Below are positions 40,356-54,990 of a DNA stretch of 64,000 bases, in pieces (position 1 is the stretch's first letter; every line of letters begins with the position of its first letter). The notes under the pieces are model-generated. The model worked only from the letters and a program-made list of their open reading frames with translations, had not been told where the DNA came from and ran no database searches. The translations under genes and the position numbers were made by a program. Origin of the DNA: Octopus sinensis (lineage: Eukaryota); contig NC_043000.1 in the NCBI RefSeq assembly GCF_006345805.1, forward strand, positions 91,946,001 to 92,010,000, in the 5' to 3' direction.

Positions 40356-41334
40356 AAGCTAAATGACCGACCGTTTCCAAAAATCCCATCGAAATTTCCA
40401 TTGATTTTATTTTTCACAAACAATATCGTGTTTTCTCTTAAACGTTATTTCTCATCCCCCCAAGAAAGGAATGAACATTCAGTACAAATTCTAAAAACAT
40501 CTACTAGAGTTTTTCTACTTGTGAATGTTTTTTTTGACCCGAAGACCATAACCTTAAGCAGACGATTTATAAGATGGTCGAATTTCCAACTTTCACCTAT
40601 TGATTATTCAAAATTTGTGAAGGACACAAGTTTATTATCAGGCTCTGATAATTTTCAAGTAAGTCACCTCCACTTGTTATTTGTTCCAACGAAATAGCAG
40701 AAACAGTAGAATATTATTGATGCGGAATGTTACTTGTTAGACAATAACAGTAAACCGAAAGATGCTTTCTTTAATCTATTTTATTTTATATTATTTATTT
40801 ATATTTATTTATTTATTTATTTTGCATCACTTCTAAACTAACCAGTCGCACGAGTGTTCGTCACGATTTTTAAGGTTATATTTTCTTGAAGACATAGAAT
40901 CCATGAGCCTAAATAATCCTTTGGTAATTCGTTTAGAAATATTTATCCACCTGGTTTTACAGCTTCATTTATCCCGGCAATGGTAGGTGTACCTCACTGT
41001 CTAATATTTCAATAGTGAACTGAAATAAAGACATATGATCTAATGTAACCTCTCCACTTGCTTTGCTTGTCATCTGAGCTATATCTTCATTAAACGTAGG
41101 TAGATGAATGATGACTTTTGTGTTGTAATTTGAACACTAGTAATCTATGCGGAATCCCTTGCCCTGAAAAAAGTGAAACTATTAGAATTCGTTGCCCACC
41201 CGATGAATTTTGATCGCATTAAATTCTTTCTGTCTTTTGCGTCTGCTACTGATGTTGATCTTAATAATATTGCTAATATCATTTGCTTCCTTTGACTTTT
41301 CTGCGAAATTCTCAATATTTATACGGGTTTCAAA

Positions 41335-41835
41335 TTTTGGCACAAGGCCAGCAATTTTAGGGAAGGAGTAATTTGTTTAAAACGAACCAGTGCACAAGTG
41401 ATATTTATATTATCGAACCCCGAAAGATGAAAGGCAAAGTCACCCTCGGCGGAATTTGAACTCAGAATATGAAGACGGACGAAATGCCTATTTCATTACA
41501 ACACACAGAGGGGACAAACAAGGACAGACAAACGGATTAAGCCGATTACATCGACCCCAGTGCCTAACTGGTACTTATTTAATCGACCCCGAAAGGATGA
41601 AAGGCAAAGCCGACCTCGGCGGAATTTGAACTCAGAACGTAACGGCAGACGAAATACCTATTTCTTTATTATCCACAAGGGGCTAAACACAGAGGGGACA
41701 AACAAGTACAGACATAGGTATTAAGTCGATTACATCGACCCCAGTGCGTAACTGGTACTTAATTTATCGACCCCGAAAGGATGAAAGGCAAAGTCGACCG
41801 CTAAGCATTTCGCCCGGCGTGCTAACGTTGCTGCC
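41335..41835 (-). mobile_element. SINE family A tandem multimer
   Basis: Three partial units; cgaaatacc|tatttcttt junction. Confidence 0.85.
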
Positions 41836-42677
41836 AGCTTTCCGCCTTATTCTCATTATCTATATTGCTGATTTATATGATGCTAACATTTTTATAGTCT
41901 CTACCTCCATTATGTATAATTTCTAGTATTTTGTTATTGATGATACCAATGATGGCGTTGGTGTTGTTGGCAGTGGTAATAGTTGTATTCCTATAGTCTT
42001 AAATTGTGGTGCAGCGAGGCAGAAAACAACACCATTAGAGAGGTGTTGTGTTGCATGATACAATTAATGATGCTATCAGAGCTAACACCTACGTACTTGC
42101 TATCACATATCTCTGAAAAATCTTTAGAAAAGTCACATTTTTGCTTTGATGTGAACAAATTTTAATGCTGACGACAGCTTAAGAGTTAGTGTTGCCCCAA
42201 CCATTGTGAGTATGACACACTTCTCCTCCCTGTCGGACTTGACGTTTTTTGAAGAAATTGATTGACCGGCACACTTGAATCCAGACGACGGTGAGAGGAA
42301 ATATTTCTCTAATTAAGGAAGGCACTGAGTATATTTAAGCCTGTTTTTAAGCAAATATATCTACAACAATATTAGATATTAACCGTGTTAATTCCAGTTT
42401 TCGTTCGATAAATTTATGGAAGCCAATGTCAACTTGTGGATCGTCGATATTTGTAACCAGGGCAGCTCAGAGACAAGGGTAATATGATTATGACTATGGT
42501 GACGACGATGATGATGAGTTTCTAATTTCGACACGAGACAAAACATTCTGAAGGATGGGAGTTAGTTAATACATCGTCTTCAGTACTTACGGGCACTTTA
42601 TTTTATCGGCGATCTACACCGGAAGAAAAACCGCAAGGTAATTTTCTAACTTTCTAATGCCTCTGCCATTTCGCCTA

Positions 42678-42755
<78 letters not shown>

Positions 42756-43294
42756 GATGCGAATAGGCCAGACATTATATTGAAAGACTTCAGACAAAAA
42801 TCATGCCTCCTTATTGATATGACTGTCCCAATTGACATACATGTATCTGTCAAGAGCTACCAAAAACTGAGCAAGTATAAAGATCATGAAATAGAAACTG
42901 GCAAAATGTGGACCCTCAAGACTAGAAAAATACCTGTAGTCATAGGTGCCCTAGGATTCATAGTAAAAGGGGTTCATTCCTACCTAGCTCAGATACCAGG
43001 AAACCCCGAAATGTCAGAAATTCAAAATATAGTGCTCATGGGAAGGGCCCATAGACATACTGTAATGTCAGTATGTCTATGAGATTACATAGACATACTG
43101 TGTATGTAATCTCAAAATTTAAAACAAACACATAATTTTCTTGTGTTTTCTTAAACATTCTCTAGAACAATACTATGTGCAAAACCAAATATATGACACC
43201 CTAGGCATAACAGCAACATGAACTTCTAACTTGTCTCTTGAGGTCTCCGAGTAAGTCTTGGAGTCAACTTATATAAATACAAAACAAAAATCAA

Positions 43295-43300
<6 letters not shown>
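42756..43300 (+). mobile_element. R4/Dong-like element 3' end (REL endonuclease plus UTR) inside (TAA)n
   Basis: NRPDII…LIDMTVP…KLSKYK…IPVVIGALG (PD-(D/E)xK REL motifs); AAT arrays on both sides. Confidence 0.9.
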
Positions 43301-43357
<57 letters not shown>

Positions 43358-43738
43358 CAGTTGAGCATGTCCCTTAGTGGCTGACGATAGTTGGGGAGCA
43401 TCATAGCCATGTGTTGAAAGGAATTCTTTGGGGTTTGGGTAATTCACCTCTGGAAACATAGGTGTTTCGTTCATCATCCTTAAACAACACTTATTCAGGG
43501 ACCTTTTGAGCAGGATGGGCTATTCGACATGAAGAAAATTCTAACTGCCCTCCCCCACCATCTGCAAGATCATGTGCTGTTAATCTTGGTATGAGATCAC
43601 CATGTCGTGCACACATGGTTGTGATGCATGTACCTAGTCTACTCTTATCGGACGGATAGTCATGACGGATATACTGGGCTTCGCATATTTTACCCCGGTG
43701 TCACTTTGATGGCATGCACTGCTCTCTCACTCAATAAC

Positions 43739-43809
<71 letters not shown>

Positions 43810-44389
43810 TGATGATGATGATGATGATGATAACAATAACAACAACAATAATAACAATAACAACAACAATAACGACAACAATAATAATAATCTCTTACAA
43901 AAAGTAATAACTATTTCTTTATTTACTCCATGAATTACGGATTATATTAGCGGGATGAATTATACAAACGTTGGAGGCTTACGAAAATTTCGATCATGAA
44001 GAAAACAATCATGAAAACATCGGCATATAAACTAACTGCCATAGCGATATGACATCTCTCCACCGTTTTTCTTTCAATTAAACAATTGCAGGGTGTGTGC
44101 AGACCCATTTATATGGGTCATACTCGGTACTCTCACCACTCTCATCTCCCTTTCAACAAATTAAATGTGGGGCAGAAGTTTTTCCCAAATTGAAGAAGTT
44201 TGATAGGAGCTTGGTTGAAAAAAAAATTCTGTTCTCCGTTCTTTTTATGTTGTTCGCCGCTCAACTGCTTTCACTACACCCGCCAAACAGTTGGAAAATG
44301 CCTAACTTTCCTGATCAAAAGAAGGAGCCGGGAATAATATTGCAATGAACTGGGCAATTCCATATTTCAGCAATGTTCAGAAATCGAAC

Positions 44390-45003
44390 GGCAGCGAGCT
44401 GGCAGAAACGTTAGCACGCCGGGCGAAATGCTTAGCGGTATTTCGTCTGTCGTTATGTTCTGAGTTCAAATTCCGCCGAAGTCGACTTTGCCTTTCATCC
44501 TTTCGGGGTCGATAAATTAAGTACCAGTTACGAACTGGGGCCGATATAATCGACTTAATACCTATGGCTGTCCTTGTTTGTTCCCTCTGTGTTTAGCCCC
44601 TTGTGGGTAGTAAAGAAATAGGTATTTCGTCTGCCGCTACATTCTGAGTCCAAATTCCGCCGAGGTTGACTTTACCTTTCATCCTTTCGGGGTCGATAAA
44701 TTAAGTACCAGTTTCGCACTGAGGTCGATATAATCGACTTAATCCGTTTGTCTGTCCTTGTTTGTCCCCTCTGTTTGTAGCCCCTTGTGGGCAGTAAAGA
44801 AATAAGAACTGTTGGATGCCGGGCGAAATGCTTACCGGTATTTCGTCTGCCACTACGCTCTGAGTTCAAATTCCCCCGAGGTCGACTTCCCCTTTCGTTC
44901 TTTCGGGGTATGTAAATTAAATACCAGTTGCGTACTGGGATGAGTCTAACCGACTGGCCCCCTTACCCCAAAATTTCGGGCCTTGTGCCTAAAGTAGAAA
45001 AGA
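44390..45003 (+). mobile_element. SINE family A multimer
   Basis: Head-to-tail units with the aaagaaata|ggtatttcg junction at about 44621. Confidence 0.85.
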
Positions 45004-45770
45004 ATGTTCGGAAATCGAACAAGTGCAGGCAGAACGGTTTCTCCGAAGCACACAACCGACAGCATTTCTGTGTATCCTTGACAATATTACAGCTGGTAGT
45101 TACGCAACCCTAGTCTTCTTTCTAATCCCAGGATTGCGGTAACGTCAGACAGACTGAGTTATCGGATGTCATGCTTTACAAAAGGTGTCCATATTTAATC
45201 CAAAGTTCAAGAACTCCTACAGATGCTGCAATTTCAGCACATCATAAGTCCTGGGTAATTAAACCTATGTGAAGAGAGTTAGAAGCAAAAGGACCTTCTG
45301 ACTATTACGACGAAATCCTTCTACAAGAGCAAGCATTCCAGTATGGATCACATAAAAACTGGGGCAAACCATGGTGGTCAAGCAGTGATTTGCAATAACA
45401 ATATATATACATATATATTTTTCTTTATATTCTTTAGTTCAATCAAGTTCAGAAGAAATTTAAAAGTACATGAGAGTCTTCCAGCGTAAAAATTAAAAGT
45501 GCATTAGAATTATCTAGCGAGAACTATATTTTTCATGAATTTACTGGTCTTTATTTATTTATTTTCTGTAATTATCGTACTATAGTGCTTCAGCTTGGGA
45601 GAAAATTAAAAATCATTGAAACCTTATCAAATACAATCAAGCTACGATATCAGAATCTAACCTGTGTAATTGATATGTGTGTGTATGTGCACACGTGCTC
45701 ACTAAATCAAATGCTCACCCACATGCGAAACATAAGCACACTCACACACGTACATTTATCTATCTATCTG

Positions 45771-45805
<35 letters not shown>

Positions 45806-45819
45806 ATCTACCTATCTAT

Positions 45820-45925
<106 letters not shown>

Positions 45926-46689
45926 AATAAATATATGCATTTATACATACATACATACATACATACATACAAGGTGAATACATGTATGTATGTGTTTGTT
46001 GTTCAGTAAATTTACAAGCAGTATTAGAAACGTAGACAAGGCAAATAGCTATATATATATATTCATTTATATCTTTATTATATAGAGGTGTAGCTATGAG
46101 TCTGAGATTAAGGCTTTCATTTCTATAACATGGAAATTTGGTCAACTGTCTTCGACTGCTACTTAGGCTAACTAATGTTTTTGAGTGGAATTTAGCGAAA
46201 GAGCAACTGTACAGAATATATAAATGGAAATAAATTCTTGAGTTATACCTTTTTCTTTACTACCCGCCCAAATCAGTCGCAGGGGCTTAGCAATATTTGA
46301 TAGACTCTTATCTCCTTGCGTCTCTGTTCAAGAAAACCAATGGCTGAGATAAATAGTAAATACACGCTATTTTGCCCTTGTCCAAAGCAAACACCAGAAA
46401 TGAGAGCAGATTCGGATAAGCACACATCTCAATTTTCATTCAAGACCAATTCGTTTTTGTCACTCGAGTAAGCCATGAATGACTAAAATTTAGACACTAT
46501 GAAAGTCAATCCTTATATCCTGAGTTACTAACAGTTAATACCTGAAAACTCATGTATATGCAGCCTTTCTTTGAATAAATATATTACAAAATGTTTCGTT
46601 CGTTTCCAACACTCTCAGCCCAGCCTAATTTATAATTATCTCACACTCCAGCCAGACGAAACCCCGGTGATACTAGAAAACGGCTACGT

Positions 46690-46880
46690 TGGGAACAGCG
46701 AGAGATATATCGGGACACTAAGATAAGCTGAGAGAAAAAACGTGATTGAGCAGGATTCTGATAACGGTCTACATTCGCCATGATAATGCGTTGCCATACA
46801 CGTCTTCCAAAACAAATTAAGCAATTGGCAAAAATTGGGCTGATCACTGGTCTCCCATCCACTGCACAGCCGAGATTTAG
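46690..46880 (+). mobile_element. Decayed RTE-like LINE fragment
   Basis: EIYRDTKIS…RLPKQI…G…QPR resembles the RTE C-terminal region. Confidence 0.45.
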
Positions 46881-48200
46881 CATCTGCTGACGGATACATA
46901 AACACACCAACATCGGTTGTCAAGCGATGGTGTAAGGGACAAACACAGACACAAAAACGCACTTCCATAAATATGCATACATCTATATATGCACAATGGG
47001 CTTCTTTCAATTTTCGTCTTCCAAATCCACTCACAAGGCTTTGGTAGGTCCGAGATTATGGTAGAAGATACTTGCCCAAGGTGCCACGCAGTGGGACTGA
47101 ACTCGGAACCATATGGTTGGAAAGCAAGCTTCTTACCACACAGCCATGCCTGTATGTATATATAGCTCCTCCTAAACTACTGGTGTAAGGACAACGCAAC
47201 TCAAACCAGCAACTCCCCTAATCCCAGGGAATATCTTAAGGGTGTCTATTTTTTTAAGGGCCGCCTAATGGATCCCCCCAATAAACCCTCCCCCACTATT
47301 TTTTGTTTCGTTGACCTCGCTCCTACGCTTATTGATTAAACTACGATCGCCATCAGTCTTAGCACATTTGCAGAAATAAGTTTGAGCATTCTAAAAACCT
47401 TCAAGTACATTCAAATCGAGATAAAGAGTTATAACAGGTACGTTTGATTCAATAAGGGACAGTCTCCAGGGTCAGCGATTTGATGACACAGATGTAGCTG
47501 TGGTGAAGAAGTAGGTACAACAGTGCATAATCGAGCATTTTATTTTAATAAAAGATTCGCATGTTGGGTTGTAGAATGGAAAATATGCATCGCATGTGAT
47601 ATAGTATATCTTGAGCAGTAGTATCTTTGTATGGAGGAAGGGTCACTCTAAAAAACATGTCCGACTGATGTATTTCAGTCAATGAAAACGTTACACCTAT
47701 GTTTGCATTTCTTTTGATATATTTGTGTGAAACACGCGCGCGCGAGCGCACACACACATACATACAGACAGAGTTTTTGGTTATTTTGTAAGCTGTCATC
47801 AAAATTTATTTTAGTGGTGGTGAACTGAAAAAGTGTAAGTGCGCATGCGCTCGCATGTGGGTGTATTCACTTTGTGGTATAAAACAAAAGGAGCTCAATG
47901 CAAACTTCATTAAATAAACAGGGATTATAAACAAGGACCACATCTACATCAGTCATTACCCAATGTTAATCTGTCATCTGTCATTTGTAAATTGTCTTTA
48001 AAGTACTCTTGATGCGCTACGGCATCTGACGATTTACATCACTCGTACTGTTGACTAATATAGTCAAATAAGGGACATATCGTACACGCATAAATGTTTT
48101 TTTTATGACAAGTTATAAATAAAACATTTTATGTAAAACTGAATAATTATTCAATACATTTTTGTAGAGTAGATATTTATCGAATTTTTACCAGAGGAGT

Positions 48201-48245
48201 AACAGAAACTTCGAGGTTTCGGCCCGCTAACCTTCGTCAGTTTTC
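48201..48245 (-). ncRNA. HHR-like motif, canonical core, weak stem I
   Basis: CTGACGA-a-ggtt/ggcc-GAAA; stem III ACCTCGAAGT is one base from the palindrome ACTTCGAAGT. Confidence 0.55.
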
Positions 48246-48391
48246 GAAGTTAAAAGTAATATACATACATACACACACACATTATATATATGTATGTATA
48301 TAAAGTTAATCCAAACAAGAAAGCACAAAAAACAACAACGCGAGGACGTGGAACAAATATAGTATTATTGGACGCTCAGGAAAGAAGGAGG

Positions 48392-48426
48392 GCTTAACGT
48401 TTCGAGTGGAGCTCTTCGTCGGAAAC
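48392..48426 (-). ncRNA. Minimal HHR with CCGACGA core
   Basis: gttt-CCGACGA-a-gag/ctc-GAAA-CG-TT-aagc; ACGT stem III. Confidence 0.6.
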
Positions 48427-48503
48427 ATAGGAGAAGGAAAGATCCAGAGAAGGGAAGACAGAGGAAAAAAAATCGCCAACGGTACACATATATATATATG
48501 CAC

Positions 48504-48553
<50 letters not shown>

Positions 48554-49049
48554 ATATATATATACTATATGTGTATGCTATTCATTCTTATAACTTACAG
48601 TAGTGATCCCTGTTATTTTATTATCAAAATCTTGATTTTTCTCCAATGTTGTTATATTGTTGTTACTTTTCTTGTAGTCATGACTCTCTTATTTTATAGT
48701 GTTTATGAAGGTGTATGACCAAATAGTTAGGGTATTCAGCTTATGATCGTAATGTTATGGTTTCGACGCAGAGTTGTGTCTTTGTGCAAAATACTTTATT
48801 TCACATAGTGTCTGTCTACTCGGGTGACAAAATGAGTGGCTCCTGTATTTCAAAGAGCCAGCCTTATCACACTCTGAGTCACGTTGAATTTTCCTGAAAA
48901 CTACGTTAATGGTTCGCATGTCTGTGGAGTGCACAGACATTTGTGACATTTGTATAATACTTGTAATTAAAAAATTAACGATATTAATGATAATTTTGTA
49001 TTTTGAACCTGTAAAAGACACACGGAGTGTTGAAATATTGTTCATTTGT

Positions 49050-49104
<55 letters not shown>

Positions 49105-50072
49105 TATAAGCTTCAAATTTCTACACAACGTCAGCAATTCTAGGAGAGGGGTAACTCGATTATATCAATAATACCTTTTACTTATTCTATCAACCCCCAA
49201 AACAATGAAAAGCAAAGTTGATATTGGCAAGACTTGAACTCAGAATGCAAAAAGCCAAAAGAAAGGATGCCACCTATTTTGTCTGATGCGATAAAAATTC
49301 TGCCAGCTCACTCCTTCCCCGCATTAATAAAAATAGAAATTTAAATAATAATATCAATAATAAAAGCTCAAAAATAATGAAAATAATAATAAAATCGAAA
49401 CCACAATTATTTTCTATTTAGGTTGCTCCGAAGAATCCCCATAATCTCTATTCTTTAAATATTTTGAAGGAACTACTTATTTTGTATTTTGCCTTTGAAT
49501 ATTTTTTTCTATAAGGGTGGGCGGCACCTTTTCAAAAACTCAAATCAAATCCCTTTTTGTTGAGAAGTCAAAGATCATTCCATCTTTTTATGCAAACCAT
49601 TTAAAATTTATGAACTGATGCAAGGGCGATTGGTAGTTAAGAGAGACAAAGTGAGAGAATGAGGGGGAATAATGCAGAGTTAAATCAAAGCAAAAATATA
49701 TATACATAAAAACAACCGCAAAAACAATAAGTAGTATGCAAACATAATGGGAGATCTTAAGAATATATAAAAACCAGGGGAAAAATACATGAAAGTACAT
49801 ACACTTTCTTTTTTTTTTGTTAATGATAAAAATATGAAAAGATTTTTAACTGCTTCATTATGAATAATAGATGAGTGAACTTCTGTCTCTCCTCCCTACT
49901 TCCAGATTTGGGATGAATTTTCAATATCAATTATTCAATAGACCAAATACCCTCACCTCCACCAATCCGCCAAATATTTTGAAAGTATTTTAAACCAAAA
50001 ACATTCCGGTAAACAAATACACATACACATATGTAGGTGAGTACCGGTATGTGTGTGTGTGTGTGTGTACAT

Positions 50073-50158
<86 letters not shown>

Positions 50159-50281
50159 ATGAATGTATATCAGTATATATATACGCTTTTACTCTTTCAC
50201 ACGTTTCAGTCATTTGACTGCGGCCATACTGGAGCACCGCCTTTAGTCGATGAAATCAAATCCAGGATTTATTCTTTGTCA

Positions 50282-50528
50282 GCCTATCACGAATTCTTTT
50301 TTGATGCGCTGTGGGAGTTTGTTGGCGTAATTCTCTAGCCGGAATTGAATTACATCTATTCCTAAGTTGTGGAGGATATTGGAATAGAGGTTGACTACAT
50401 CGAAGGATACTAGTAGGGTGTTTTTGTTTATTGTTTCAGAAAGGTAATTGAGCATATCCAGGTCGTCCTTTATATAGCTTTTTACATGCTTGAGGAATGG
50501 TTTTAAGAGGGTATCTAAAAAGTTACAT
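50282..50528 (-). mobile_element. PLE RT fragment related to the 24.9-kb element
   Basis: FLDTLLKPFLKHVKSYIKDDLDML…SFDVVNLYSNI aligns by eye with FLDILLKPLLKYIKSFIRDDLDML…TLDVINLYKNI. Confidence 0.9.
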
Positions 50529-50549
50529 ACGTGTGTGTATATATATATA

Positions 50550-50607
<58 letters not shown>

Positions 50608-50869
50608 TGTGTGTGTGTGAGTGTGTGCCAATATATCCAATGGTGTTATACACTGTAAGTCACAAGACTCTTCCATTTTTGTATTTTTATGCCCTATTCT
50701 TAATCGAGAGTCTTAAGAATTACTAACCGATAAAAAATATTAAATACTCGCTTTTACCTGACGAACAAATGTAACTTTTTCTTACTTTTTACTTTTACTT
50801 GAACTGGTTTCATCCAGGGACTGTGACCAGGCTGGGGCACTGCCATTAATGTAAGTGCCAGGGTTATTT

Positions 50870-51066
50870 CAAATTCGCATCCCAGACTTCACCCCAGTTT
50901 CGGTTCTAGTAAACTGCATTTACCTGTGTTGCTAAATGTATTGCGAGATCATCTGGTATCTCAGATGAAAAATCGCCTAAATATTTTTTGAACGTGTCCA
51001 CATCTATACTTCATATATCTCTGAGGATTTTAGACCAGGTATTGAAAAGCTATGGCCCCTTAAAAC
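50870..51066 (-). mobile_element. CR1-group LINE 3' fragment
   Basis: GPxLFN…LRDI…DTFKKYLGDF…IPDD resembles the CR1-type C-terminus. Confidence 0.5.
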
Positions 51067-53006
51067 TTAAAAAGTTACAATTTGGGGCCCTTATTCTTGA
51101 ATGCGAGAGTGAAATCGTTGGTAAAATACTGTGCCGTACAATTCGGAGATTGGTATAAATTCCAATCTCAAACTATAAACGTTTATGTAACTACTGTTTG
51201 ATCGTCATTTGTTCTTTTGAAAGCTTATTGTCCCATCGTACACTGTCTCCTACACTTCGTTCCATGTAACACATGCGTGATTCACTGAAGTAACTTCCGC
51301 GGAGTCATTCACCATGCAAGAAATAATAGTCAAATCCTTTTTAGGATCACATTATATCATCTTATGATGCAAATGGATGTTTCAACTATTATTACATGAT
51401 CTAATATGTTTATTCTGGAATGGTCACGGCTAGAGCGTCTCTGAGTGCATGTAACCGCAATTAGATTTAACATAACGATAAAGGGACTACGCTAACAATG
51501 ACAAAAACTTAACTAGTCTGACTTGACTGAATGGATCCATGATAAAAGACATTCCAGACACGATCATCCTGTCTCTTTTTCAAGTAAATGTGTGCATTGA
51601 AGTATATTACACAATTTGTGCTTCTTTTTTTATAAAAGATGATTGCAGATTGTGATTTAAATGGCTTTTGGCAGTTATTTCTAACAAATCAAGAAATTAT
51701 ATTGTATACCAAAGCGGGTTTTATCACAGAACGAATACCCTCAGCTGTATCCTGACTGAAAGCTTCTTCTGCCATATTTATGCAACAAAAAATGTAATAT
51801 AGATTAATTAGAGAGCAACACAATGAACATTTAACACGCAAGTAAGAAGTGTTGCTTTTGCAGAATCATTACAGCATTAGAAAAAAAGTGCTTTTTTTTG
51901 TAGTTAATCCAGTTCTTTATATTGTGTTCCAATTCCGTTGCTCTGTTAGGTACAAGGTCTGAAATTTTTGGGTGCGAGGAGTGACAGTCGATTATCTCGA
52001 CCCTAATGCTCAAATGGTTCTTACTTTATCGATTCTGAAAGAATAAAAGACAAAGTCGACCTTCGAATTATTAGAACACAAAATGTAAAGAGCCCCAAAA
52101 ATGCTGCAAACATTTTGCCCACTGCGCTAACGATTCTGTTAGTTCGCCACCCTTTCTTCCAACTATTGGCACAAAGACTGTAATTTTAAGGGAGTAGAGC
52201 TAGTCGAGTACATACACCCTAGAGCGCAAATGGTACTCACTTTATCGACCCCGAAAAGATGACAGACAAAGTGAACATCGGTTGTATTTGAACACAGAAC
52301 ATAAAAAAAAAACAAAAGAAACGCAGCGAAGGATTTTGCCCAATACACTAATGCTTCTACTAGATTATCTTATATAGAATAATCCTTTATACTATAGACA
52401 TGAGACCTGAAATTTTGGGGGAGGGAACCAGTTGATTACATCGACCCCAGTGTTACACTGGTACTTAATTTATCGACCCCGAAAGGATGAAAGGGGTAGT
52501 CGACTTTGGCAGAATTTGAACTCAGAAGGTAAAGAAGAACAAAATTCCGCTAAGCATTTTGTCCGGTTTGTGCTAACGATTCTACTAGCTTACTGTCTTA
52601 TCATACATATAATAATAAATGGAAAATAAGAAAAGACTGTGACATTTAGGATTTAAGACTTGAAGATTAAATGATACCAAAGTGAAACAGATACTACAAA
52701 ATACCGCATGTGACATCGAAGTTCCATGTTTGTCAAAGGGAATCAATATTATGTATACTAAATAAATTTACGTTATCATCACCTACCCGCATTCTCACCT
52801 CTCGTTACCAAACTGAAATACGACGGTGTTTATATAAAACAGCTCACTTAGTAAATAAAGATGTTACTGACGTATGGCGAGGTTTATATTGTTGCTAAGA
52901 TACTCCAAGAATATCTGCTTTCGAGTATGAAAATATTAATTTTCATATTCAAACGCGATGTTAAGTATAAAATATCATGAAACCCGAAAAGATCTGTCAA
53001 TTATTT

Positions 53007-53052
<46 letters not shown>

Positions 53053-53179
53053 ACACACACACACACACATACTCACACACACATATATATAGATATATAT
53101 AGATATATATGTTTGTATGTATATATATGTATGCATATATGTATGTATATATGTGTATATATGTATGTATATATATGTG

Positions 53180-53210
<31 letters not shown>

Positions 53211-53327
53211 GTATGTATACACACATACACACACACATATATATATATATATATATCAAGAAATTATATGTAATGACTATTATTTTTAACTTGTTTTTTA
53301 TATATATATTCATACATATATTTATTA

Positions 53328-53819
53328 CATGGAAAAATGCGAGCATGATTATAAACATGGAAAAGTACAGGACAAGTTATAACACCTGTAAAAGCACAGG
53401 ATAAGCTATTACTTTTAGTAAAGTAAAGAATAAGAAACTTTTTACTTAAAATATTGTAGCAAAGAATGCCAGTTCTTTTAATGTATTACTCTTTACAGTT
53501 CTCATCTTTTAAATTTACTGTACAAAATTGTTCTGCTAATTTGTAAGTTTATCTAATTAGTCACTTTTTTCTGTATTTAAGGTAGTAAATTATCAAAATT
53601 CTACTTAAATAAGTATAGTGTTATTTGTAAACTATAATAAAATAAGTTTTAATATTCAAATTTTAATTTTAGCTGCAATATTTTAAGCAAAAAGTTTCTT
53701 ATTCTTTACTTTACAAGAAGTAATTGCTTGTCCTATACTTTTACATGTGTAATAACTTGTGTACTTTTCAATGTTTATAATCTTAAGAATATGACTTTTC
53801 ATTCTCGTATTTTTCCATG
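53328..53819. repeat. Diverged fold-back (about 135-150-bp arms)
   Basis: About 53328-53460 is the reverse complement of about 53672-53819, with indels. Confidence 0.75.
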
Positions 53820-54576
53820 ATTATTCCAGGCATTGCATTTATAAGATAATTTTATAATGTGTCGATTAATAATTGAAGATTTTACCTTATAAACTACTGA
53901 AAGATAATATTTGAATGTTTCCATGTAAGTGATGATAAAATTTTAAATTTTTGTCATGTTTAATCTAAATATGTTGTGATTGAATTATTTGATATTACCC
54001 ATCCACACCAAATTAATGGCAGGGATTTTTAACCATGTTATTGGTTGTACTGTGGCTCACCAAAAGTTACAAGACCCTAAAACCATCAGTTACAAGGCTC
54101 ACCTTAAGTAACCTAATTTTGCAATACTAGGAGGGCACAGAAATTCATTCAGCGAAAAAACAATTTCCAATGATTCCGGGATTGTGGGGTGGGGGGAACA
54201 CCCACTTCATTTTTTCCGAACCAAAATAAGGGATTTGCAGCATATTAGGAGGTCAGGGTATTTGATTCCACGCAAAAAATCTTTTTTTTTTCTTAGTGAA
54301 AATCGTGCGGGTGTTGATATAAAATCGTGTGGGTGATAATCTAGGGCATTACATACACAGGGTTGTGATTTAGGTAGGGGGATATTTTTGCTGCTATTTT
54401 TAGGGTGTCGAGAGACCAGGTAGAGGCTCTTTCATTGGTTCGATTGCGTGTTGAGATTTTCTTACGCATATATGTTATATGTATATATATCATCGGCGGA
54501 AGTTAGTAAGTCAAACGGTGAAAGTTTCGTGTATTGGCACTTATGAAACACGAATTTGTCCATAGTCACTCTGTAA

Positions 54577-54626
54577 CTTCTGACGAAATAACTTCAAAAG
54601 TAAAACAGTTTGTCAAAAACGTCAAG
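54577..54626 (+). ncRNA. Decayed HHR-like motif
   Basis: ctt-CTGACGA-…gtttgtc-AAAAA-CG-TC-aag. Confidence 0.4.
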
Positions 54627-54707
54627 AGTAAACCCTGTTCCTTCTACCAGTATCGGAAGTTTGAAAGAGTTTAGTTTTAAAAAATTAATTAGATTATCTG
54701 TGCGTCA

Positions 54708-54990
54708 AAGTCGACCTCGGCGAAATTTGAACTCAAAAACGTAATGACAGACGAAATACCTATTTCTTTACTATCCACAAGGGGCTAAACACAGAGAGGA
54801 CTAACAAGGACAGACAAACGGATTAAGTTCATTATATCGACCCCAGTGTGTAACTGGTACTTATGTAATCGACCCCGAAAGGATGAAAGGCAAAGCCGAC
54901 CTCGGTGGAATTTCAACTCAGAACATAGCGGCAGACGAAATACCGCTAAGCATTTCGCCCCGCGCGATAACGTTTCTGCCAGCACGCCGC
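54708..54990 (-). mobile_element. SINE family A, full unit plus partial unit
   Basis: Same fixed multimer junction at about 54760. Confidence 0.85.

Noticed and set aside
40540-40585. gaccat/atggtc hairpin with flanking HHR-like bases
   Set aside because: Core and GAAA both mismatched; compatible with chance.
40401-40697. 98-aa ORF with an internal GTAAGT
   Set aside because: No convincing acceptor or protein motif.
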